NCBI GenBank assembly: GCA_964455375.1
Contig: CAYVXE010000002.1
Span: 7,753 to 71,752, forward strand
DNA: 64,000 nt
Reading direction: 5' to 3'
Origin: an uncultured Calditrichaceae bacterium
Lineage (GTDB): Bacteria; Zhuqueibacterota; Zhuqueibacteria; Oceanimicrobiales; Oceanimicrobiaceae
The notes beneath the pieces are model-generated. The model saw nothing but the letters and a program-made list of their open reading frames with translations, was not told the DNA's origin and did no database searches. The position numbers and the translations under genes are program-made. Below, one piece after another: positions 37,961 through 45,347 of the stretch. Within the stretch, counting starts at the first letter, position 1, and each line of letters opens with the position of its first letter.

Positions 37961-39889
37961 ATGGCGCCAAATATTTTTTATCATCGACGGCGGCTATTTT
38001 CCGCTATTTTGTTTTTTCTGTTTACTAGTCAGACTCATGTTTTTGCTCAGGGATTGCTTAACTCTCTGGACCGGGCTTTTGAAGCGATGATTCTTTCCGG
38101 CAGTAATTTTCCGGAATTCATAGGTTCATCCATCGAACAGGGAGAGAACGTCCTTTTACTTTATGCCTACAGACGGGACTCGCAGCAATGGCAGCAAATC
38201 CCGTTTCAATGGGATGAGAGAGACACGTCCAATTCCTTTTTCAATGCAACAGGCGATCAAATCCAGGGACTGGATGACAACGATGAATTGGCATTTATGG
38301 CAGCGGATGCCGGCGACTGGGCTCCCGGTTCCTGGGTTAATGATGCGAGCTCTGAAAATTTTATCCGTTATGAAATTCAGGTTACGGATCCGCTTGATCC
38401 TCTAAAATCAGGCTGGGCCTATCTATATAAGTCACTTACTCTGCAGGAAACTTTCGTCGATGACTATGTGACCTACATTCCAAGTCTTGACCCTGCTACC
38501 GGCCAGGATTTTGTTGAAAGTTCGGTTTACAGGATCGGCGGAAATGAAAAAGGCATTTTTGGATTTTTGTCTCTGCAGCCTAATCCTGAAATCAATTTGT
38601 TTGACCGGCAGAAGATTCGCGGTAAAACGAGCTTTTTTCTGTTACCGAGTTTTGATGAAGAATCCGACTTATCCTTCGTCAGCGTGGAAGCAATCGACGG
38701 GCCGGTGAGAATTATCAGACAAATTACTTTTCAACTTGTGGGTTTACTTGACGTATCGCTGCCTTTGCAATATTTTAGAAACACTGTAGTCCTTGCAGGC
38801 AATTTGAATATACCCGCGGAAATAAAGGTTTCATTTTTTGATGTAAAAGTTCAGGAAATACGGCACTCTATTGATCTTTCTGCGGCTGCTGCTGGTATGA
38901 AAATGTTTAATCCCAACAATACAGATATCCTCATTAATGGGATAGATGATCCTAATGTGAATAAACAAATAGAATTTTTGCCGAATGTTAATTACATTCA
39001 TATAACCGGCGAACAAGGTACCATTGTGAATTTATTCGAAATTCCGGCAACTATCGGTGACAACCGCCAGCTCTTTTATGAGGATAAACAAGGAATTGGT
39101 GATCCCGGAGATGGTAATTCTTTCGGCGACTCCGGGGTGCAAATAACAGGATCAGACATTGAAGGGCAGTTTCCTCTTGCTTTGAAGCTGATTTTCCTGG
39201 AACCAAACCAGCCAAGCACAGTAGCCAGTCAGTTAGCTGATTTTGAGGAAAACCCTCTTACCGTCTCCATTATGCCGCAAACCATTGGAACGGTTCCTGT
39301 AGAGTTGACTACTTTTACAGCAACTGTCGAGACAAATAATGTTCGCCTGCAATGGACGACTGCCACAGAAACGGATAATTTCGGTTTTAACATTCAACGG
39401 AAATTACAGGGAAATCAAATGTGGCAAATAGTTGGATTTGTTGAAGGTAATGGCACAATCATTTCACCATCCAGCTATCAGTTCAATGATGACGACGTGC
39501 GGGCCGGTCAATGGCTCTACCGTTTGCAGCAGGTCGATACAGACGGCTCATTTGCATATTCTCAGGAGTTGATCGTTTTTGTCGGACTGCCGGAAACATT
39601 TACTCTTGCCCAGAATTTTCCGAATCCGTTTAATCCGTCAACGCTCATTCAGTATACGATTCCGGCGAATTTTAGCAGTGTGTCAAAACAACGCACAACC
39701 GTGACTATTTTTAATTTACTTGGAGAGAAAATCGTTACACTCGTGGACAAAGCACAGACACCGGGCAGCTACACGGTAACCTGGGATGGTAAGGATCGTT
39801 CCGGGCACAGGGTTTCTTCCGGTATTTATGTTTACAGGTTGCAATCCGGACAATTCTCCACGTCGAAAAGAATGGTTTTTATCAAGTAA
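37961..39889 (+). CDS. Secreted protein of unknown function with internal beta-sandwich sorting-like domain and T9SS C-terminal sorting domain (paralog 2)
   Basis: The ATG at 37961 is preceded by AAGAGGAG, and an alternative ATG lies at 37937. The ORF-track start at 37751 overlaps the previous gene and is probably an artefact. The N-terminal module is homologous to paralog 1 (IPFQWDERD, NDELAFMAADAGD, RYEIQV, GWAYLYKS). Confidence 0.7.
   Translation: MAPNIFYHRRRLFSAILFFLFTSQTHVFAQGLLNSLDRAFEAMILSGSNFPEFIGSSIEQGENVLLLYAYRRDSQQWQQIPFQWDERDTSNSFFNATGDQIQGLDDNDELAFMAADAGDWAPGSWVNDASSENFIRYEIQVTDPLDPLKSGWAYLYKSLTLQETFVDDYVTYIPSLDPATGQDFVESSVYRIGGNEKGIFGFLSLQPNPEINLFDRQKIRGKTSFFLLPSFDEESDLSFVSVEAIDGPVRIIRQITFQLVGLLDVSLPLQYFRNTVVLAGNLNIPAEIKVSFFDVKVQEIRHSIDLSAAAAGMKMFNPNNTDILINGIDDPNVNKQIEFLPNVNYIHITGEQGTIVNLFEIPATIGDNRQLFYEDKQGIGDPGDGNSFGDSGVQITGSDIEGQFPLALKLIFLEPNQPSTVASQLADFEENPLTVSIMPQTIGTVPVELTTFTATVETNNVRLQWTTATETDNFGFNIQRKLQGNQMWQIVGFVEGNGTIISPSSYQFNDDDVRAGQWLYRLQQVDTDGSFAYSQELIVFVGLPETFTLAQNFPNPFNPSTLIQYTIPANFSSVSKQRTTVTIFNLLGEKIVTLVDKAQTPGSYTVTWDGKDRSGHRVSSGIYVYRLQSGQFSTSKRMVFIK
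39588..39889 (+). repeat. About 300-bp near-identical direct repeat, copy 2 (3' end of paralog 2)
   Basis: See copy 1. The upstream parts of the two genes are only distantly similar at protein level. Confidence 0.9.
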
Positions 39890-39926
39890 AGAAAGTTTTT
39901 GTGACATTCAAATCATGTTTATGAGC

Positions 39927-40066
39927 CACCAAGGCTCAAAGACGCAAAGTAATTAAAAAACAATAAACACGTCTATTATTCAAAGACAATATACATAAAA
40001 CAAAGCTATCATTTTAAAGAACCTTTATCTTTTTGTTTCTTCGTGTCTTGGCGTCTTCGAGGCAAG
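39927..40066. repeat. Imperfect inverted repeat flanking an AT-rich ~90-bp spacer
   Basis: gctcaaagacgcaaag (about 39934-39949) compared with the reverse complement of cttggcgtcttcgagg (about 40047-40062), roughly 13/16 matches. Confidence 0.3.
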
Positions 40067-40147
40067 AATTTATGAATAATCCAGGTTAGATGAATCGGAT
40101 GCAACAAGGTTTATTCGACGTTTTCGGATAAAAAACAACCAAATCAA

Positions 40148-40176
40148 AAGCCGCGGTATTTTACTGCGGCTTTTTT
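40148..40176 (+). terminator. Rho-independent terminator 15 nt upstream of the radC start codon
   Basis: Stem aagccgcgg / ctgcggctt (core 40150-40156 / 40064-style pairing 40164-40170, one G.U pair), a 7-nt loop, and T6 at 40171-40176. An A-run upstream means it could act bidirectionally. Confidence 0.65.
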
Positions 40177-40191
40177 CGTGGAGACAAGATA

Positions 40192-40881
40192 ATGAATCGC
40201 TACACCCCTAAGATCAAAGATTGGCCTGAAAATGATCGTCCCCGGGAAAGGCTTGTTAAATATGGCGCACAAAGTCTTTCTGATGCCGAAATATTGGCCA
40301 TCATTCTGCGGGTTGGGAATCAGGAATTGACGGCCATTGATTTAGCCCGTAAGCTGATTAAAGAATGTAACGGATTTCGCGGTCTGGATATGAAGTCGAT
40401 AGCGGAATTGTGCCAGGTAAACGGTATCGGCCCGGCAAAAGCGGCGCAAATTAAGGCGGCAATTGAAACGGGAAAGCGGCTTTTTCTGGAGGATGTGCAA
40501 AACAACGGCAAGGTGGAATGCAGTGCAGACGTGCACCGGCTGTTGAGTCCGTATCTGCGGGACTCAAACCGTGAAGTCTTCAAGATATTGCTGCTAACCA
40601 GCAGAAATACGATTATTACCGAAAAAACGCTTTTCGAGGGAAGTCTGACGGAGAGCATTGTAAGCCCGCGCGAGGTGATAAAAGAAGCCATCAACCAGGG
40701 CGCCGCCGCCGTTGTTTTTGTACACAACCACCCTTCCGGTAATCCGCACCCCAGTGAGGAAGACAAGCGTCTCACGCGTCATTTAAAAAAAGCCTGTGAA
40801 TTGGTCGGTGTCAGTGTGCTGGATCATATCATCATCGGAAAAAACGGCTACTACAGTTTTGCTGATTCCGGTCTGCTTTGA
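40192..40881 (+). CDS. radC: RadC-family JAB/MPN domain protein
   Basis: 229 aa. N-terminal HhH region (ELLAIILR-type) and C-terminal JAMM motif HNHPSGNPHPSEED. Confidence 0.85.
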   Translation: MNRYTPKIKDWPENDRPRERLVKYGAQSLSDAEILAIILRVGNQELTAIDLARKLIKECNGFRGLDMKSIAELCQVNGIGPAKAAQIKAAIETGKRLFLEDVQNNGKVECSADVHRLLSPYLRDSNREVFKILLLTSRNTIITEKTLFEGSLTESIVSPREVIKEAINQGAAAVVFVHNHPSGNPHPSEEDKRLTRHLKKACELVGVSVLDHIIIGKNGYYSFADSGLL

Positions 40882-41012
40882 CAGCTTTTTTGTAAACATC
40901 TTTAAATGATCTGTTGAAAATTTGATGAATAATTTGTACCATCACATTCATCCGGATTTTATCACAGCATATTCTAATAATTACAGCCAGTAACGCGACA
41001 GGAGGAACGTGA

Positions 41013-43052
41013 ATGAAGAAAACACAAGATGTTTCGTACATTCCATCTGAGACCAGTTTGGCGGAGTTTACGGTTAAAGCCATCGTTTTAGGTCTCATCA
41101 TGGCGGTGGTTCTGGGTGCAGCAAATGCCTATCTGGGTCTGAAAGCCGGCATGACTATTTCAGCGACATTTCCGGCTGCTGTGATCGCCATTGCAGCATT
41201 TCGTCTGCCTTTCATGCGCGGAAATATTCTTGAACAAAATATTGCACGAACCACGGCTTCGGTTGGTGAAGCGCTGGTTGCCGGAGCAATTTTTACGATT
41301 CCGGCATTTGTCATGGTGGAAATGGACGGGCAGCGTTTATGGGTACATTTTAATTACTGGGAAACTTCTTCAATTCTGCTTGTTGGGGGCGTTTTGGGGA
41401 TTCTTTTTGTTATTCTGTTGCGGCGAACCCTTGTCGTTGATGCAGACCTGCCTTTTCCTGAAAGTTACGCCTGTTACGAAATCGTCCGCGCCGGTCAGCA
41501 TGGGGAAAGCGGCGCCAATTATGTCTTTGGGGCGATGGGAGTTGGCGTTTTACTGGAACTGCTTAAAAACAGTAACGGCATGGCGATTTTTCGTGAAAAT
41601 GTTCAGGTATTTATGAAGTTTCCGAAATCGGTCATTCACCATTTTACCAGTTCGCGTCAGGCGCTTGGCAATGTAACCCACACCGGCGGTTTGACGTTGG
41701 CTTCGCCACTTGCCTCACCCGCGTTGATGGGGGTCGGTTATATTATCGGGCCCAGGTTAGCATCCATTAATTTTAGTGGTGGGGTTCTGGCATGGTTGGT
41801 GTTTATCCCGCTGGCGCTGTTCATCAATCCGGATTTGCGCAGTCAGTTACTTCTCGATGGACACGCTGTTCCCTGGAATGAACTGTCCTATTCGATTTGG
41901 TACAATCAAATCCGTCCCATTGCTGTGGGCGCTATGCTGGTCGGCTCTATGTACACACTTTGGGGCTTGCGAGGGTCGATTTTCTCGGCATTTCATGGCG
42001 CATTTAAAGCAAAGGGAAGCGCAGACGCCGCGTTCAAGGAAAATCGACTTGAAAAAGATATCAATATGAAATGGATTATCATCTCCACTATCGGGTTAAT
42101 CATCCCGATTACGCTCGTTTATTATTTGTTTACTCACAGTTTGGGAGGTGCTCTTATCGCCGCGGTCATTATGACTGTGACCGGGTTTTTGTTTGCAGGC
42201 GTGGGCGGTTGGCTCGTGGGGTTGGTCGGCGGGTCGAATCAACCGATTTCCGGTTTGGCTCTGTCAGCTCTTATTGTGGCTGCGCTGGTAATGGTAGCGA
42301 TTGGCGTTGTCGGATTGAGCGGTGTGGCGGCCGTGCTTGCTGTTGCGGCGGTTGTTTGCTGTGCAACCTCCATGGCCGGCGATATGATCCAGGATTTAAA
42401 AGTCGGTCATCTCATTGGGGGTACACCGTGGAAAATGGAAGTTGCTGAAATTATCAGCACAGTTCTGGTGTCATTTGTACTCGTTTTTCCAATTATTCTT
42501 TTGCATGAAGGGAATATTGCTGCCGGTGGCATTGGCATTGGCGATACCCGGCTGCCGGCACCACAGGCCGGATTGATGGCACAGATCGCTACTGGAATAG
42601 TGGGTGGCGATATGGCCTGGGGTCTGATTATCATTGGAATGTTTTTTGCAATTGCCTTGATTATGGTGGATGCGCCGGCGCCCATGCTCATTGCAGTGGG
42701 CATGTACTTGCCATTTGATACGACCTTTGCCATTTTTGTGGGTGGTCTCATTAAATTAGCCATGGACAAATTCATGGAAAAACGAAAAGCTGATAGCGAC
42801 GAAAAAATGCGAGCGGAAAATGTCGGTACCCTCGTCGCTTCCGGTTTCATTGCGGGTGAGGCGTTGACCGGCGTGCTGCTTGCGGGGCTGGTCTTAATGG
42901 GAATTCCCTCGATTACGTCATTGGTTGCCGGTGTGGATGAATTTAGTTTTGTCCATTCTGCGGTTGGGGGATGGCTGTCCATAATTATTTTTGGTGTCGT
43001 CGCTTATGGGTTAATCAAGATTCCCATGAATGGCGCCGGTAAAAGTGACTAA
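41013..43052 (+). CDS. OPT-family oligopeptide transporter
   Basis: 679 aa polytopic membrane protein. The N-terminal EFTVKAIVLGLIMAVVLGAANAYLGLKAGMTISA is typical of OPT-family proteins. SD AGGAGG lies upstream. Confidence 0.85.
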   Translation: MKKTQDVSYIPSETSLAEFTVKAIVLGLIMAVVLGAANAYLGLKAGMTISATFPAAVIAIAAFRLPFMRGNILEQNIARTTASVGEALVAGAIFTIPAFVMVEMDGQRLWVHFNYWETSSILLVGGVLGILFVILLRRTLVVDADLPFPESYACYEIVRAGQHGESGANYVFGAMGVGVLLELLKNSNGMAIFRENVQVFMKFPKSVIHHFTSSRQALGNVTHTGGLTLASPLASPALMGVGYIIGPRLASINFSGGVLAWLVFIPLALFINPDLRSQLLLDGHAVPWNELSYSIWYNQIRPIAVGAMLVGSMYTLWGLRGSIFSAFHGAFKAKGSADAAFKENRLEKDINMKWIIISTIGLIIPITLVYYLFTHSLGGALIAAVIMTVTGFLFAGVGGWLVGLVGGSNQPISGLALSALIVAALVMVAIGVVGLSGVAAVLAVAAVVCCATSMAGDMIQDLKVGHLIGGTPWKMEVAEIISTVLVSFVLVFPIILLHEGNIAAGGIGIGDTRLPAPQAGLMAQIATGIVGGDMAWGLIIIGMFFAIALIMVDAPAPMLIAVGMYLPFDTTFAIFVGGLIKLAMDKFMEKRKADSDEKMRAENVGTLVASGFIAGEALTGVLLAGLVLMGIPSITSLVAGVDEFSFVHSAVGGWLSIIIFGVVAYGLIKIPMNGAGKSD

Positions 43053-43243
43053 CGGGATGGTCAAAAAAATCGGCATTAAGTAAATTTTTATACAGAGCGC
43101 AGCAGACGTTTGTTTTAATAATGCGTTACTTCGCTGAAGCTGAAGCAGGAAACTCCTTTTTCGGCGAACTCAATTGGTGATTGAATATTATATTGGAAAG
43201 CATATTTTACACATTTCAGTCAGGGGGAACGTAGCAATTAAGA

Positions 43244-45025
43244 ATGATTTCAACGACAACTAAAATTAAACTGCTACCGGAAGATTTAACCAATAAGATC
43301 GCCGCCGGTGAAGTTGTGGAGCGACCGGCTTCGGTGGTTAAAGAACTGGTTGAAAATTCCATTGATGCCGGTGCCACCGAAATAACAATTATTGTCAAAG
43401 ACGGTGGCAAGGCGTTGATTCAAGTGGTAGACAACGGTTCCGGCATGGATCAGGGAGATCTTCTGTTGGCCTTTCAACGGCATGCCACCAGTAAAATTTA
43501 CACGTATCAGGATTTGCTGCAAATAAACACGCTGGGGTTTCGAGGTGAGGCGTTGGCGAGTATCGCTTCGGTGGCACGGGTTGACGCTAAGTCTAAAACG
43601 GAAGAAAGCGATACAGGATACGGACTTCAGGCCGCAGGTGGTGTGCTGAGTGACATTCAGGCGACGGCATGTGCTACAGGTACGTCTATAGCCGTGAAGC
43701 AGTTGTTTTACAATACTCCAGCGCGGCGGAAATTCTTAAAAAAAACCGCCACCGAATACAGGCAGATTGTCGCCGTTCTGAATCGTTTTTTTATCGCCCA
43801 TCCTGAAATTTCATTTACCTTTGTGAATAGCGACGAAGTTGTTTTTGAGCTTAAACGCGAGAGTCAGAACCAGCGGATCAGGTCAGTTTTCGGGGCAAGA
43901 GTGGCAAACAGCATGCTGCAAATTGAAAATGATGGTCCGGTAGGAATAACCGGGTTTGTGGGCAAACCGGATATTTTGCGGCGTTCCAGAGGCGACCAAT
44001 TCATGTTCCTGAACCGGCGTTATTTCACCAGTAAAAATCTGCATTATGCGGTGATAAATGCTTTTGGCGAAATTTTGCCGAGAGGGCTGTACCCGGTGTA
44101 TGCGATTTTTCTTAAGATTGATCCTGCCGAAGTGGATGTGAATGTACATCCCACAAAAATGGAAATAAAATTTGCCAATGAGAATCTTATTTTCAGCAGT
44201 ATCAGAGGGGCGGTGAAACGAGCGTTAAATTCCGAAAAAGTTATTCCGGTTCTGTCTCATGTATCAGGCGGGGAGGCATTTTCACTGCCCGATTTTCCAT
44301 TAAACCAGACGGCTGCTTTTGAACCTGCCAGGCAAAATGCTTTTGAGTTTACAAGTCCGGCCAACAGGGATTCCGAACCGGCAACCGTTTCTCAATTCCC
44401 GCCTTCGGAACAGAGTGAACAAGACGCTGTTCAGAATATTCCCGGGACAAAGATCCGGTTTGAAAGGACCAATGTCTGGCAAATTCATAACAAATATATT
44501 TTGTCGCAGATAAAAAGCGGTATGATCATTATCGACCAGCATGTGGCACATGAGCGGATTCTCTATGAAGATGCTTTAAAGTATTTTGAATTGCGTAAAC
44601 CGTCGTCGCAACAACTTTTGTTTCCACAGGTCATAGAATTATCCATGGAAGACTTCACTATTTTGCTGGAAATGATTCCCTTTCTGGAGAGAATTGGTTT
44701 TGTCATCAAATCATTCGGTAAAAACACGGTGGCGGTGGAAGGTGTGCCTTCCGGTGTGAAAATAAGTAATGATGAGAAGATTCTGCTGGATATTCTCGAT
44801 GAGTACAAGCGCGGTCTGCGGGAGAATGTGGAGATACGCGAGAATGTGGCCAGATCCTTTGCCTGTCACTCGGCGATCAAAGCAGGGGATCAGCTTTCAC
44901 TGGAAGAAATGAATATGCTCATCGATAAATTGTTCAGTACGAAAGAGCCGTACTATTGTCCACACGGGCGGCCTATTGTCATTCATGTTCCGTTGGAGGA
45001 ATTGGACCGGCGGTTTAAGCGTTAA
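43244..45025 (+). CDS. mutL: DNA mismatch repair protein MutL
   Basis: 593 aa. GHKL ATPase motifs IAAGEVVERPASVVKELVENSIDAG, DNGSGM and LGFRGEALASI. C-terminal dimerisation/endonuclease domain ending in CPHGRP. Confidence 0.95.
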   Translation: MISTTTKIKLLPEDLTNKIAAGEVVERPASVVKELVENSIDAGATEITIIVKDGGKALIQVVDNGSGMDQGDLLLAFQRHATSKIYTYQDLLQINTLGFRGEALASIASVARVDAKSKTEESDTGYGLQAAGGVLSDIQATACATGTSIAVKQLFYNTPARRKFLKKTATEYRQIVAVLNRFFIAHPEISFTFVNSDEVVFELKRESQNQRIRSVFGARVANSMLQIENDGPVGITGFVGKPDILRRSRGDQFMFLNRRYFTSKNLHYAVINAFGEILPRGLYPVYAIFLKIDPAEVDVNVHPTKMEIKFANENLIFSSIRGAVKRALNSEKVIPVLSHVSGGEAFSLPDFPLNQTAAFEPARQNAFEFTSPANRDSEPATVSQFPPSEQSEQDAVQNIPGTKIRFERTNVWQIHNKYILSQIKSGMIIIDQHVAHERILYEDALKYFELRKPSSQQLLFPQVIELSMEDFTILLEMIPFLERIGFVIKSFGKNTVAVEGVPSGVKISNDEKILLDILDEYKRGLRENVEIRENVARSFACHSAIKAGDQLSLEEMNMLIDKLFSTKEPYYCPHGRPIVIHVPLEELDRRFKR

Positions 45026-45037
45026 AATGCCATATTT

Positions 45038-45085
45038 ATGTCGTGGAGCATGAGCTTAATTTCTCAACATAAATGTTGAGCTACA
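45038..45085. repeat. Small palindromic repeat element, copy B
   Basis: atgtcgtggagc... ctcaacat-aa-atgttgag (45063-45080) ctaca. It shares its core with copy A at 31199-31256 and starts 13 nt after the mutL stop. Confidence 0.55.
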
Positions 45086-45093
45086 AATAATTC

Positions 45094-45122
45094 TTGACTT
45101 CTTGAATCTGATTTTGTATAAT
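45094..45122 (+). promoter_or_regulatory. Promoter of the aromatic supraoperon
   Basis: TTGACT (45094-45099), 17-nt spacer, TATAAT (45117-45122). Confidence 0.6.
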
Positions 45123-45152
45123 CTTGTAATCAGTCATAAAAATCAAAAAAAA

Positions 45153-45260
45153 ATGATCAAACGTATTTTTTCCACAATCTTTAATAACAGCAACTGGTAT
45201 TATTGGTATTGGTATTTTACCTGTGTGGGGAAAAATACGTGTTTAGGCAAATTTAAATAG
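45153..45260 (+). CDS. Attenuator leader peptide, 35 aa, MIKRIFSTIFNNSNWYYWYWYFTCVGKNTCLGKFK
   Basis: ATG at 45153 and TAG at 45258-45260. Codons 15-22 are W Y Y W Y W Y F. The ORF lies between the promoter and an intrinsic terminator directly upstream of trpE, and the aromatic codons overlap segment 1 of the alternative RNA structures. Confidence 0.7.
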   Translation: MIKRIFSTIFNNSNWYYWYWYFTCVGKNTCLGKFK

Positions 45261-45312
45261 CTTTATTTAGGAACACGAATTTTGACCCACTATATAAACA
45301 TTATATAGTGGG
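45212..45312 (+). promoter_or_regulatory. Transcription attenuator with mutually exclusive helices 1:2, 2:3 (antiterminator) and 3:4 (terminator)
   Basis: Helix 1:2 pairs 45212-45221 with 45229-45238. Helix 2:3 pairs 45225-45244 with 45271-45290 (17 of 20 positions paired, no bulges). Helix 3:4 pairs 45286-45297 with 45301-45312. Helices 2:3 and 3:4 compete for CCCAC at 45286-45290. Confidence 0.75.
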
Positions 45313-45323
45313 TTTTTTATTTT
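45286..45323 (+). terminator. Attenuator terminator
   Basis: 12-bp stem cccactatataa/ttatatagtggg, a 3-nt loop, then TTTTTTATTTT (45313-45323). Confidence 0.85.
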
Positions 45324-45347
45324 GTGCCGAACCTAAAGCGGGAAACG

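Noticed and set aside
37553-39889. The ~300-bp repeat pair as a diversity-generating retroelement template and variable region.
   Set aside because: No reverse transcriptase gene is nearby. The mismatches between copies (c/t, t/c, a/g, g/t and others) are not adenine-specific, and both copies are coding 3' ends.
42407-42982. 191-aa minus-strand ORF inside the OPT transporter gene. Similar long antisense ORFs occur at 47385-47942, 54911-55456, 34156-34656, 40320-40775, 23958-24416 and 6673-7053.
   Set aside because: Each lies entirely within a confidently identified gene on the opposite strand. Their compositions are low-complexity and Ser/Pro/Ala/Arg-rich with no recognisable motifs. They are typical shadow ORFs.
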